Assembly: GCA_963678065.2 (NCBI GenBank) | Contig: CAXXVZ010000003.1 | Location: forward strand, 1,760,001-1,824,000 | Direction: 5' to 3' | DNA length: 64,000 bases | Source of the DNA: Treponemataceae bacterium | Lineage (GTDB): Bacteria > Spirochaetota > Spirochaetia > Treponematales > Rectinemataceae | Shown here: one piece after another, positions 50,255 through 61,789 of the stretch | Position numbering within the stretch: position 1 is the stretch's first letter | Layout: each line of letters begins with the position of its first letter | Translations under genes and position numbers: made by a program | The notes under the pieces: model-generated | The model's database searches: none | Told to the model about the DNA's origin: nothing | Seen by the model: the letters and a program-made list of their open reading frames with translations, nothing else

Positions 50255-51385
50255 TCAGCCGAGTACTGTCAATAGCACTCCGGCCGCCACAGCAGAACCG
50301 ATGACGCCGGCCACGTTTGGTCCCATAGCGTGCATAAGGAGGTAGTTGGTCGGATCAGTTTCCTGACCGACGACCTGAGAGACGCGCGCGGCCATCGGAA
50401 CTGCGGAGACGCCCGCCGATCCGATGAGAGGATTCACCTTGCCGCCCGTGAGCCAATACATGAGTTTGCCGAGCAGGACGCCCGCGGCCGTTCCGCAGGA
50501 GAAGGCGAAGAGCCCGAGGAAGATGATCTTGAGGGTTTCGGGGGCGAGGAACCGTGCCGCGTTGGCTGTCGCGCCCACCGAGGTGCCGAGGAAGATGGTC
50601 AGGATGTTGATGAGGGCGTTCTGTGCCGTGTCGGAGAGGCGTCCCGTGACCCCGGTCTCCCTGAAGAGGTTGCCGAGCATGAGGGATCCGATGAGAGGCA
50701 GGGCTGGGGGAAGCAGCATGCCGACAAACACCGTGACGAGGATCGGAAACACGACCTTTTCGTTCTTGGAGACATTCCTGATCATGCCCATGTTGACCGA
50801 GCGCTCCTTCTTTGTGGTGAGGGCGCGCATGATGGGGGGCTGGATGATGGGAACGAGAGCCATGTAGGAGTATGCCGCGATCGCGATGGGACCGAGGAGT
50901 TCAGGCTTCAGCCTCGTCGTGAGGAAAATGGCTGTCGGGCCGTCCGCTCCGCCGATGATGCCGATGCTGCCTGCCGCCTTGAGGTCAAAGCCGAGATACG
51001 TGGCGAGAACGAAGGGGATGAAGATGCCGAACTGGGCTGCAGCTCCAAGGAGGAGGCTCATGGGGTTGGCGATGAGGGGACCGAAGTCCGTCATCGCGCC
51101 CACACCCAAGAAGATCAGTGGCGGATAGATACCGAGTTTGACTCCCTGGTAGAGGTAATAGATGAGCCCGCCTGGCTGACCGTCCATCGGCCCGTCCGTG
51201 ATACCGGATATGGGCAGGTTGGCGAGCAGCATGCCGAAGGCGATCGGTACCATGAGGAGGGGTTCGATCCCTTTGAACATGCCCAGATAGAGCAGGACAA
51301 AGGAAATTCCCAACATGATGATCTGGCCGCCGGTGATGTTGAGAAATCCCGTAGTGCCGATGAAATTGACTATAGAATCCCACAT
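50255..51385 (-). CDS. mmdB: Na+-transporting decarboxylase beta subunit
   Basis: [36 protein letters not shown]. Confidence 0.93.
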   Translation of the reverse strand: MWDSIVNFIGTTGFLNITGGQIIMLGISFVLLYLGMFKGIEPLLMVPIAFGMLLANLPISGITDGPMDGQPGGLIYYLYQGVKLGIYPPLIFLGVGAMTDFGPLIANPMSLLLGAAAQFGIFIPFVLATYLGFDLKAAGSIGIIGGADGPTAIFLTTRLKPELLGPIAIAAYSYMALVPIIQPPIMRALTTKKERSVNMGMIRNVSKNEKVVFPILVTVFVGMLLPPALPLIGSLMLGNLFRETGVTGRLSDTAQNALINILTIFLGTSVGATANAARFLAPETLKIIFLGLFAFSCGTAAGVLLGKLMYWLTGGKVNPLIGSAGVSAVPMAARVSQVVGQETDPTNYLLMHAMGPNVAGVIGSAVAAGVLLTVLG

Positions 51386-51397
51386 GGGGTACGCTCC

Positions 51398-51805
51398 TTA
51401 CACGAGGTCGACGAGGGGGTCTCCCGTGTTGACCGAGGCGCCGGAGTTCGTCCTGAGGGCCGCGACCGTTCCGGCCTGTGTGGCCACGATTTCGTTCTCC
51501 ATCTTCATCGCTTCCAGGATGAGGAGGACGTCTCCCCGCCCGACCTGCTGTCCCACGGAGACTTTGTACGAGAGTACGGTTCCGGGCATGGGGGCCTTGA
51601 CAGTCGTGGCGCCGGCTACGCCGGCGGTGGGGACGGCCTGGGGCGCGACTGGGGCAGGCGCCGCCGCGATGCCCGCTGCTGGCGCTGGTGTGGCAACTGC
51701 TGCGGGCATAACGGCTACGGCCGGAGCGGCACTCACAGCTCCGCCCACTTCCTCGACGGCGACATCGAAACTCTGTCCATTCACGGTCACTTTATAGCGT
51801 TTCAT
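51398..51805 (-). CDS. mmdC: Biotin carrier (decarboxylase gamma subunit)
   Basis: Ala/Pro linker and EAMKM biotinylation motif. Confidence 0.92.
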   Translation of the reverse strand: MKRYKVTVNGQSFDVAVEEVGGAVSAAPAVAVMPAAVATPAPAAGIAAAPAPVAPQAVPTAGVAGATTVKAPMPGTVLSYKVSVGQQVGRGDVLLILEAMKMENEIVATQAGTVAALRTNSGASVNTGDPLVDLV

Positions 51806-51831
51806 ATCGATCTCTCTCCTTGTATCGGTCG

Positions 51832-52194
51832 TTACCGGGCAAGCCGGTCGATGTGTCCCCATGCCGGGGTATTGAAGCCGCCGGAGCTCTGGGCTGGTGT
51901 TACGGACGCGATCCTGAATGCGCTTGCTCCGGGTCCTCGCGCGGCGACGATCGCGGCAGTTATCGCGGCGACGATCTCGGCCGGAACAACGGCTGTGCCT
52001 GCGGTGTGAGCAGTCCGCGTGGCCGTCTGAGGCGCCGTTGGTTGCGCGGCCGATGACGAAACCTTCTCACTCACCGTGCCAGGAAGTTTGATTCCGAACA
52101 TGAGCGGGAAGAGCTTGAGAACCAGGGCCATGATGATGAGCGCGATAAAAACCGTGCCCATGCCTAGAACAGTGATAAGCCAGGGGTTTGTCAT
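51832..52194 (-). CDS. mmdD: OadG/MmdD-family subunit
   Basis: GMGTVF TM anchor, IVAAITAAI, C-terminal W...R. Confidence 0.85.
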   Translation of the reverse strand: MTNPWLITVLGMGTVFIALIIMALVLKLFPLMFGIKLPGTVSEKVSSSAAQPTAPQTATRTAHTAGTAVVPAEIVAAITAAIVAARGPGASAFRIASVTPAQSSGGFNTPAWGHIDRLAR

Positions 52195-52207
52195 GTTCCC
52201 GCTCCCG

Positions 52208-53752
52208 TCAGACAGGGAAGTTCCCGTGCTTGCGGCTGGGCCGGCTCTGGCGCTTGCCGAGGAGCATGCCGAGCGCGGAGCAGAGCCGGGCCCTGGTGGT
52301 GGCCGGATCGATCACGTCGTCGACGTAACCGCGCACGGCGGCCTTGTAGGGATTCGCGAAACTGGTCTTGTACTCCTGGATCTTCTGAGCGCGCATCGCG
52401 GCGGGATCGGCCGCCTCGTCGATGTCCTTCTTGAAGATGATGTTGGCCGCGCCGTCCGGACCCATAACCGCGATCTCCGCCGAGGGCCAGGCGAGGACCA
52501 TGTCGGCGCCGAGGTGGCGGGAGCACATAGCGATGTAGGCTCCGCCGTATGCCTTGCGCAGGATGACCGTGAGCTTGGGAACGGTCGCCTCGGAGTAGGC
52601 GTACAGGAGCTTGGCTCCGTGACGGATGACGCCGCCGTGCTCCTGCCCGACGCCGGGCAAGTAGCCCGCCGTGTCGGTGAGGGTCACGAGAGGAATATTG
52701 AAGGCGTCGCAGAAGCGGATGAAGCGCGAAGCCTTGTCGGAGGCATTGATGTCGAGGACGCCGGCCATGACCTTGGGCTGGTTGGCGATGACACCGACAG
52801 AGCGGCCATTAAGGCGGGCGAAGCAGGTCACGATGTTCTTCGCGTACATAGCCTGGGTCTCCAGGAAGTCGCCGCCATCGACCACGCGCTTGATCACTTC
52901 GCGCACGTCGTAGGGTTTGTTCGGGGAGTCGGGCATGATCTCGGCGAGCTCGGCGTCAGCGCGGGCAGGATCGTCGCCAGTCGCGACGACAGGCGGGTCT
53001 TCGAGGTTGTTCTGGGGCAGGAAGGAGAGAAGCTTCTTGATCCCCTCGATCGTCGAATCCTCGTCCGGATACATGAAGTGCGCGACACCCGAGACTTCGG
53101 AGTGAACGGTCGCGCCTCCGAGGGCCTCACCCGAGACATCCTCGCCGGTGACGGCCTTGATGACCTGAGGCCCGGTGATGAACATGTTGGCGGTCTTGTC
53201 CGTCATGAAGACGAAGTCGGTGAGTGCGGGCGAATACACGGCGCCGCCCGCGCAGGGCCCCATGATGACGGAAATCTGGGGGATCACGCCCGAGGACAGA
53301 GTGTTGCGGTAGAAGATGTCGCCGTAGCCGGAGAGAGCGTCGACACCTTCCTGGATGCGGGCTCCGCCCGAATCGTTGATGCCGATGCAGGGGCAGCCGA
53401 CCTTGGAGGCCATGTCCATGGCCTTGCATATCTTGGCGGCGTGCATTTCGCCTAAGGAACCGCCGATGACAGTGAAGTCCTGCGCAAAAACGTAGACGGT
53501 CCGGCCGGAAATGCTTCCGTAGCCGATGACGACGCCTTCGCCCGGGGCCTCGACATCGGCCATCCCGAGATCGGAGCAGCGGTGCGCGACGAAGGGATCT
53601 ATCTCCACGAAGCTTCCTTCGTCGAGAAGAGCCTCGATCCTCTCACGGGCCGTCTTCTTGCCCTTCTCATGCTGAGCCGCCACCCTCTTGGGACCGCCGC
53701 CCGCGAGTACTTTTTTGCGGCGCTCTTCCAGTGCCTTTAGCTTCTCTTCCAT
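52208..53752 (-). CDS. mmdA: Methylmalonyl-CoA decarboxylase alpha (carboxyltransferase)
   Basis: DSGGARIQEG, CAGGAVYSP, RKAYGGAY, KHGNFP. Confidence 0.92.
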   Translation of the reverse strand: MEEKLKALEERRKKVLAGGGPKRVAAQHEKGKKTARERIEALLDEGSFVEIDPFVAHRCSDLGMADVEAPGEGVVIGYGSISGRTVYVFAQDFTVIGGSLGEMHAAKICKAMDMASKVGCPCIGINDSGGARIQEGVDALSGYGDIFYRNTLSSGVIPQISVIMGPCAGGAVYSPALTDFVFMTDKTANMFITGPQVIKAVTGEDVSGEALGGATVHSEVSGVAHFMYPDEDSTIEGIKKLLSFLPQNNLEDPPVVATGDDPARADAELAEIMPDSPNKPYDVREVIKRVVDGGDFLETQAMYAKNIVTCFARLNGRSVGVIANQPKVMAGVLDINASDKASRFIRFCDAFNIPLVTLTDTAGYLPGVGQEHGGVIRHGAKLLYAYSEATVPKLTVILRKAYGGAYIAMCSRHLGADMVLAWPSAEIAVMGPDGAANIIFKKDIDEAADPAAMRAQKIQEYKTSFANPYKAAVRGYVDDVIDPATTRARLCSALGMLLGKRQSRPSRKHGNFPV

Positions 53753-53882
53753 ATATGAAACCGTCCTTGTTGGATCGATGGGGATCCCGAATTATCTGGT
53801 CCTTCAGTCTCTCTGGCTGCAATTTCGCCGGCGTGCCGTCGGATTCCACCAGACAGTCCCGAAAAGCCAGCCAGCAGCTCCC

Positions 53883-54293
53883 TCAGTCGCCCGCACGCTC
53901 GCAGAGTTCGACGAGAACGCCGCCCGTGGCCTTGGGGTGGATGAAGGCGATCTTTGCGCCGCCGGCGCCGTAGCGGGGCTTCTCGTCGATGAGGCGCACT
54001 CCCTTCTCCTTGAGTTCGGCGAGAGCTTCCTCAATATTGACGACGCGGAAGGCGATGTGCTGGAAGCCCTGCCCCTTCGCGGCGATGAACTTTCCGATAG
54101 GCCCCTCGGGGTCGGTGGATTCGAGGAGCTCGATCTCGGTGCCTCCGACGGGCAGGAAAGAGGTCGAGACCTTCTGTTCAGCCACGGTCTCCGAGCCGTG
54201 AAGGGAGAGCCCGAGAATGCCTTCGTACAGGGCGAGAGCATCGGCGGTTTTCTCGACGGCGATGCCGATGTGGTCAACCTTCAGAATCTTCAT
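53883..54293 (-). CDS. mce: Methylmalonyl-CoA epimerase
   Basis: VDHIGIAV, IELLE, QHIAF, HPKATGGVLVELCE. Confidence 0.94.
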   Translation of the reverse strand: MKILKVDHIGIAVEKTADALALYEGILGLSLHGSETVAEQKVSTSFLPVGGTEIELLESTDPEGPIGKFIAAKGQGFQHIAFRVVNIEEALAELKEKGVRLIDEKPRYGAGGAKIAFIHPKATGGVLVELCERAGD

Positions 54294-55432
54294 TGTCTTC
54301 CTCCCGGAAAGGCCGCGGCGAACAGTCCGTCCGCGGCATCGTATACATCCATCCGCCTTCCGACAACGGCTTCGACGAGCCGGTCTTCGGCTTCGCGCTC
54401 TTCGGGGCCTTCGAGGGCCGAAAAAAGCCGGCGCGTCAGTATGGCGCGCAGCTCCGCCCTGACCGACTCCGAACGCCGGCGAAGCAGTTCCCCGCTCGCC
54501 TCGATGGCGGCGCGGTGGCGGATGCAGGCATCGACGAGTTCCACGACGCCCTGTCCCATCTCCGCGCTCATCTTGAGGACGGGCGGCAACTCCTCCTGCA
54601 TGGACATACCGGCGGTCGATCTGGCGGGTTCGACCCCATCCATGTCGCCGCTGTCGGGAATACTGTCCTCTGAGGCGGATGCCCCGGAATTGCCGTTCTC
54701 GCGGGAATTTGCGGCTCCATGATGCCCCACGAAGGTACTGTGTGTCGAGAGTGTGTCGGGGAAGGTTTTCGGCGCGCGGCCCGCTCCGAGCATTGCCGCC
54801 GTCTCGAGCATGGCGCGTATCTCGCGCACGACTCTGTCGGCCCCATCCTTGTCGGCCTTGTTCACGGCGAAGATGTCGCCGATCTCCATGATGCCGGCCT
54901 TGATGACCTGGATGTCGTCGCCGAGTCCAGGCACGGAGACGAGGACGACGGTGTCCGCGATCTTCACGATGTCGACCTCGGACTGCCCGACGCCGACGGT
55001 CTCGACGATGATGTAGTCGTAACCAGCCGCGTCCAGAACCTTGCACGCGGCCGTCGTGGCGCGGGATACGCCGCCCAGGGCTCCCCGGGAGGCGAGGCTC
55101 CGGATGAAGACGCCCGGATCGGTCGCGTGGGACTGCATGCGGAGCCTGTCGCCGAGGATGGCCCCGCCGGTGAAAGGACTCGAGGGATCGACGGCGAGGA
55201 CGGCGACCGTGGCTCCGCGCTCCCTCAGTATGCCTATCATCTTGTCGGTGAGCGTGCTTTTGCCGGAGCCCGGCGGCCCGGTGATGCCGATGATGTGGGC
55301 TCCTCCGCCCTCCGTTCCGATGGAGCGAAGTATATCGACGCCGGCGGGCTCCCCGTTCTCGAGCCAGGAAATGACACGGGCGGCGGCGCGGACATCCCCC
55401 GCAAGGAGGCGCCCGCGCAGTGCCGTATCCAA
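54290..55432 (-). CDS. meaB: Methylmalonyl-CoA mutase-associated GTPase
   Basis: GPPGSGKST, DPSSPFTGGAILGDR, ETVGVGQSE, NKAD. Confidence 0.93.
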   Translation of the reverse strand: MDTALRGRLLAGDVRAAARVISWLENGEPAGVDILRSIGTEGGGAHIIGITGPPGSGKSTLTDKMIGILRERGATVAVLAVDPSSPFTGGAILGDRLRMQSHATDPGVFIRSLASRGALGGVSRATTAACKVLDAAGYDYIIVETVGVGQSEVDIVKIADTVVLVSVPGLGDDIQVIKAGIMEIGDIFAVNKADKDGADRVVREIRAMLETAAMLGAGRAPKTFPDTLSTHSTFVGHHGAANSRENGNSGASASEDSIPDSGDMDGVEPARSTAGMSMQEELPPVLKMSAEMGQGVVELVDACIRHRAAIEASGELLRRRSESVRAELRAILTRRLFSALEGPEEREAEDRLVEAVVGRRMDVYDAADGLFAAAFPGGRQ

Positions 55433-55443
55433 GGTGCTAATGA

Positions 55444-55842
55444 TCAGCCCCGCTTGAGGTTGTTCTTGATGTAATCGACGATGACCGTCGTCGGGGTGCC
55501 CGGCCCGAAGACCTCGGCTATGCCCTTCGACTTGAGGAAGGGAATGTCGTCCTCGGGGATGACGCCGCCGCCGAAGACAAGGACGTCGTCGACACCCTTC
55601 TCGGCCAGAAGCTCGGTGACTCTCGGAAAGAGGTGATTGTGGGCGCCCGAGAGGATGGACATGCCGATGACGTCGGCGTCCTCCTGGATGGCAGCCGCGA
55701 CGATCTGTTCGGGAGTCTGGCGCAGTCCCGTGTAGATGACTTCCATGCCGGCGTCGCGCAGGGCGCGGGCGATGACCTTGGCGCCCCTGTCGTGACCGTC
55801 GAGCCCCGGTTTGGCTACGATAACGCGTATTTTCCGTTCCAT
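55444..55842 (-). CDS. Acyl-CoA mutase small (B12-binding) subunit
   Basis: [23 protein letters not shown]. Confidence 0.93.
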   Translation of the reverse strand: MERKIRVIVAKPGLDGHDRGAKVIARALRDAGMEVIYTGLRQTPEQIVAAAIQEDADVIGMSILSGAHNHLFPRVTELLAEKGVDDVLVFGGGVIPEDDIPFLKSKGIAEVFGPGTPTTVIVDYIKNNLKRG

Positions 55843-55854
55843 TGGGTTCTCCTG

Positions 55855-57522
<1,668 letters not shown>

Positions 57523-57541
57523 GATCCTTCCTTTTCGTGCA

Positions 57542-58093
57542 TCAGCCGGCGAAGCCCGCCTGGGCTTTCGCGGACGCGGCGAGGGCTATCCCCGCCTCGA
57601 GGGCCGCGAGGTTCAAGTCCTCCGTCCCCTTGGGGACGCGGCTCTTCACCGCGGCGGCGAGGGAGGCTGGCGTCGCGACACCGGAGTAACCGCCGAGGAC
57701 GCCTAAGGCGACGATGTTCGCCACGACCTTCTTGCCGATCTTCTCTGCCGCCGTGGAGAGGATGGGCAGAGCCAGCGTCCGGGCAGTTATGGCCGGGTCG
57801 AGAGTCACGGAGCTGTCCACGATTATCAATCCCTTGCCCATCAATTTGCCGTAGGTCCTGTAGGAGTCGTTTGTGAGGGCGAGGAGGTAATCGGGGTCGG
57901 TCGCCTTCGGATAGTCGATCTCCTCGTCCGAAATGACGACCTCGGCCTTGCTGGAGCCGCCGCGCGCCTCGGGGCCGTAGCTCTGGGTCTGGACGGCGTT
58001 CTTGCCCTCGAGGATAGAGGCTTCGGCGAGGACGATGCCTGCGAGGAGAAGGCCCTGGCCGCCCGATCCGCTCAGTCTGAATTCGATGCGCAT
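57542..58093 (-). CDS. korC: 2-oxoacid:ferredoxin oxidoreductase gamma subunit
   Basis: [16 protein letters not shown]; start MRIEFR at 58093. Confidence 0.88.
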   Translation of the reverse strand: MRIEFRLSGSGGQGLLLAGIVLAEASILEGKNAVQTQSYGPEARGGSSKAEVVISDEEIDYPKATDPDYLLALTNDSYRTYGKLMGKGLIIVDSSVTLDPAITARTLALPILSTAAEKIGKKVVANIVALGVLGGYSGVATPASLAAAVKSRVPKGTEDLNLAALEAGIALAASAKAQAGFAG

Positions 58094-58932
58094 TCGCCTA
58101 CTCCTCCCTGGAAAGTCTCGTATTTCCGCTGGACGCGGTGGATAAGCTCGTCGTAGTCGGCCGTGTATTCGGCCATGGGCTTCGAGTGGAGCTCGCCGAT
58201 CAGGATCTTTCCCGCCACCTTTTCCGGCGGCAACGCAGCCGCGGCCTTGGCGTTGATGGTTGAGTCCTTGATCCAGTTGAGCATTTCCACGGGTCCGCCG
58301 AGCTTGTTCTTGCGTCCGAGGTAGGTCGGACACTGGGTCACGGCCTCCACGACCGAGAATCCCTTGTTTTTCAGGGCTTTCTCGATGAGATCGATGAGCA
58401 TGGGCACATGGTAGGAGGTCGAGCGGGCGACGTAGGATGCCCCGGCCGCCTTCGCGAGTTCGCAGAGGTCGAAGCTGTGCTCCAGATTGCCGTAGGGCGC
58501 CGTCGTCCCGATCATGCCCTTGGGGGTCATCGGGGAGTACTGGCCGCTCGTCATGCCGTAGATGTTGTTGTTCATGACGATGGTGGTGATGTCGATGTTG
58601 CGGCGCGCGGCGTGGATGAAATGGTTGCCGCCGATGGCCGTGCAGTCTCCGTCTCCCGTCATGACGACGACCTTGAGGTCGGGCCGGGCGAGCTTGATGC
58701 CGGTGGCGAAGGCGAGGGCGCGGCCGTGTGCCGTGTGCACCGTGTCAAAATCGAGATAGCCGACGGCGCGCGAGGAGCAGCCGATTCCGGACACGAGGCA
58801 GACCTTGTTTTTGTCGAGGCCCATCCTGTCGATGGCGCGGACGAGGGCGCCCGTGATGGTTCCGTGTCCGCAGCCGGGACACCAGATGTGGGGAAGCCTC
58901 TCTTTGCGGAAGTAACTCAGGAACTCGGACAT
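58072..58932 (-). CDS. korB: 2-oxoacid:ferredoxin oxidoreductase beta subunit
   Basis: WCPGCG, GIGCS, HGR, GDGD TPP motif, YGMTSGQ. Confidence 0.92.
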   Translation of the reverse strand: MSEFLSYFRKERLPHIWCPGCGHGTITGALVRAIDRMGLDKNKVCLVSGIGCSSRAVGYLDFDTVHTAHGRALAFATGIKLARPDLKVVVMTGDGDCTAIGGNHFIHAARRNIDITTIVMNNNIYGMTSGQYSPMTPKGMIGTTAPYGNLEHSFDLCELAKAAGASYVARSTSYHVPMLIDLIEKALKNKGFSVVEAVTQCPTYLGRKNKLGGPVEMLNWIKDSTINAKAAAALPPEKVAGKILIGELHSKPMAEYTADYDELIHRVQRKYETFQGGVGECASNSD

Positions 58933-60065
58933 CAGCGGGCCTCCATGATCGCGGCGTAGATCTCTTCGGGGCGGAAGAGCTCCCCGTTGACCTTGCCGAG
59001 GCGCACGACGGGGGCGCCGCAGCGTGCGGCGCGCTCCACCTCGAGGGCGAGCTGGCCGAGGTTCATCTCGGGGACGATGATTTTTTTCGCATCCAGTGTG
59101 AGCCGGCGGACAACTTCCTCAGGGAAGGGCCAGACTGTCTTGAGCCTCAGCATGCCGGCCTTGACACCCTCTTTCCGGGCGCGTCGGACGGCCGACAGAG
59201 AGGACATGGCCGAAGATCCGAAGGAGATTACCGCGACATCGCAGCCATCCATTCCTTCGGCGAAGTAGTCGGCCAGCTCGTCTGTGTTCTTCTCGATCTT
59301 GCGGGCGAGGCGGCGCATGAGCCTGTCGGCGACTTCGGACTTATTGGAGGGCGCGCCGGTCTCGTCGTGGAAGAGCCCGGTGACGTGCCAGCGGTAGCCT
59401 TCGCCGAAGGGAGCCATGAGAGGCACGCCGCCGTCCTGGTCCGCCGCGTAGGGCTTGTATCCCGCCTGATGTTCGGGGGAAGGGCGGAGGGGCTTTTTAT
59501 AGCTTGCCGGATCGGCGAGGACAACTTTCTCGCGCATGTGGCCTATGACTTCGTCGGTGAGGACGATGACGGGCACGCGGTACTTCTCCGAGAGTTCGAA
59601 GGCGCGGAAGGTGAGCTCGAAGCATTCCTTGACGTTGCCTGGAGCGAGAGCGATGACGGGATGGTCGCCGTGTGTACCCCAGCGGGCCTGCATGAAGTCT
59701 CCCTGCGCCGGGCTCGTGGGCATGCCTGTCGAGGGGCCCATGCGCTGGACATTGACGATGACGAGGGGGATCTCGCACAGGGAGGCATACCCGAGGCACT
59801 CCTGCATGAGGGAGAAGCCGGGGCCGGAGGTGGCTGTCATGACCTTCTTGCCGGTCAGCGAGGCGCCTATGATGGCGGCGATGGAGCCGATCTCATCCTC
59901 CATCTGGATGAATTTGCCGCCCACTTTGGGGAGTTCTTCGGAGCAGAGTTCGGCGATCTCCGTCGAGGGCGTTATCGGATAGCCGGCAAAGAACTCAAGC
60001 CCGGCCGTGAGTGCTCCCAAGGTGCAGGCCTCGTTGCCCTGCATGAGTTTGACGGTTTCAGCCAT
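58932..60065 (-). CDS. korA: 2-oxoacid:ferredoxin oxidoreductase alpha subunit
   Basis: GYPITP, EDEI, TSGPG, QRMGPSTG. Confidence 0.92.
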   Translation of the reverse strand: MAETVKLMQGNEACTLGALTAGLEFFAGYPITPSTEIAELCSEELPKVGGKFIQMEDEIGSIAAIIGASLTGKKVMTATSGPGFSLMQECLGYASLCEIPLVIVNVQRMGPSTGMPTSPAQGDFMQARWGTHGDHPVIALAPGNVKECFELTFRAFELSEKYRVPVIVLTDEVIGHMREKVVLADPASYKKPLRPSPEHQAGYKPYAADQDGGVPLMAPFGEGYRWHVTGLFHDETGAPSNKSEVADRLMRRLARKIEKNTDELADYFAEGMDGCDVAVISFGSSAMSSLSAVRRARKEGVKAGMLRLKTVWPFPEEVVRRLTLDAKKIIVPEMNLGQLALEVERAARCGAPVVRLGKVNGELFRPEEIYAAIMEAR

Positions 60066-60333
60066 GTTGGGCCTCCGGAGGAACGGCGTAATCGACGCAG
60101 GCGGCGTCGTGCCCCTGCTCCGCTTCGTCGACCTTGTCCACGATCTCTATCGCGTAGTCGGGGCAGCGCAGTTCGCACATCCTGCATCCGATGCACTGCT
60201 CCGGCCGCTCGGGAAAAACCTTGCCATTTTTGAGGACAAGGACCTGCTTGGGACAGAACGAAACACAGATTCCGCATCCCTTGCAGTACCGCTCGCGGAT
60301 CAGATGGAAGTAAGCTTTTTTCTGTTCGCTCAT
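60058..60333 (-). CDS. korD: 2x[4Fe-4S] ferredoxin (delta subunit)
   Basis: CKGCGICVSFCP and CIGCRMCELRCP. Confidence 0.9.
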   Translation of the reverse strand: MSEQKKAYFHLIRERYCKGCGICVSFCPKQVLVLKNGKVFPERPEQCIGCRMCELRCPDYAIEIVDKVDEAEQGHDAACVDYAVPPEAQHG

Positions 60334-60480
60334 ATTCTCCGCTCTCGTGAAGTTATACCGCCATCGCGAGTCCATGAGGGACTTTAGGCGATGGCTGGCT
60401 GGATCCTGTTCGCCTCGCATCGAGGTGGGAAAAACACGAATGAGACGGCGCGGCGGAAGACTCGACAGAGGGGAATTTCG

Positions 60481-60509
60481 ATAATACTCCCGCCCGGTCG
60501 AATTGTCAA
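60481..60509 (-). promoter_or_regulatory. Sigma70 promoter of the kor-mut-mmd operon
   Basis: Minus strand TTGACA-17-TATTAT. Confidence 0.7.
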
Positions 60510-60556
60510 AAAAAACACGAAACGAGCGGGAAACCGCTGCGCACGAAACCAGTATA

Positions 60557-60825
60557 TTCCGACAGACGGAATTGGAGATTGAAGTTTCCGTCTGATGGAA
60601 TTATTCGCCGATCACATACATCGTCGATAGCCGGAGATGAAGACCGGAAACCGATCGTATTCCTACCCGATTATTACTATAGCATGACTACCGGAGTATG
60701 TTAATACTGTAGTTGCAGAATAAAATACGAATTTCCACCTCGCGATCCGCGCCGAACCGGGATTGACAGACCTGCGCGATTGAGAGAATATGCCACTTGA
60801 CGGATATGTATTCCACTCTATGGAA
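60557..60825. promoter_or_regulatory. Three TTCC-N7-GGAA palindromes, putative IclR operators
   Basis: TTCCGACAGACGGAA (60557-60571), TTCCGTCTGATGGAA (60586-60600), TTCCACTCTATGGAA (60811-60825). Confidence 0.65.
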
Positions 60826-60931
60826 CTTTCGGTATAATAGCGAGTCGGGGCGCCGGAATGGATTCCCCGGCGGAGAGCGCCCTCTTTCGATGCCGCGCTG
60901 CCGCCCATGAACCGGAAAGAGGAGTATCCAC

Positions 60932-61663
60932 GTGGCGGAACAAGAGACTTCGGTACGGGCTATAGAACGGGCCCTTGACATCCTGGATTGTTTCTCTCCC
61001 GCAGAACTCGAGTTCTCGCTCACCGAGCTCTCGAAGCGCATAAATCTCGCGCTCAGCACGACCTCACGCATCGTCTCGACCCTCGAAAAACGGGGATACC
61101 TGGCGAGGAGCCCTGAAAACCAGCGCTACGCCCTCGGCCCCACTCTCGCCCAGATCGGAGCTCTCGGCTTCGCGAGCGTCGACATCTGCAAGGTTGCCCT
61201 CCCCTTCATGCGCGATCTGAACCGGATATACGACGAGGGAGTCAGCCTCTACGTCGTCAGGGGCAACGAGAGGATCTGCGTGGAGCGAGTCGAAAGCTCG
61301 CGGCCCCTGCGGAGGGTCGTCAACATCGGCGACCGCCATCTTCTCACGAGGGGCGCTGCCGGGCGCGTCCTTCTCGCCTACCTCCCCGAGGAGCAGCGCA
61401 CCGAGCTCCTCCGCGGCGACCCTTTCACGACTGAGGAGGCGCTCGCCGAGCTCCGCAGGAGCCGCCGGGCCGTGAGTCTCGGAGAGAGGGAGGAGGGCGT
61501 CACATCGATAGCCGCTCCGGTGGAAGACGCGCGGCGCGAGATCGTGGCCGCCCTCGCGATGTCCGGTCCGTCGGTCCGCTTCGAAGGCCCCGGATTCGAT
61601 GAAAAAATCGCGAAGGTGGCTCGCTTCGCCGATCTCATCTCCGAAGCCCTCGGACGCCGGTAA
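60932..61663 (+). CDS. IclR family transcriptional regulator
   Basis: VRAIERALDIL HTH; GAAGRVLLAY; EREEGVTSIAAPV. Confidence 0.93.
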   Translation: MAEQETSVRAIERALDILDCFSPAELEFSLTELSKRINLALSTTSRIVSTLEKRGYLARSPENQRYALGPTLAQIGALGFASVDICKVALPFMRDLNRIYDEGVSLYVVRGNERICVERVESSRPLRRVVNIGDRHLLTRGAAGRVLLAYLPEEQRTELLRGDPFTTEEALAELRRSRRAVSLGEREEGVTSIAAPVEDARREIVAALAMSGPSVRFEGPGFDEKIAKVARFADLISEALGRR

Positions 61664-61789
61664 TCCGGGAGGACGCCTCTCACGACAGCTTGTGTGGGGA
61701 CGACATACTTTCAATAAATGTCAAGAGAAGGTATACTGCCACCAAATTCGCCATGCGGGCGGATTACCTCACGGCAGGGAGCACATGCG

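Noticed and set aside
60334..60480. Cobalamin riboswitch before the B12-dependent mutase operon
   Set aside because: No B12-box consensus recognised by eye; an Rfam/Infernal scan would be decisive.
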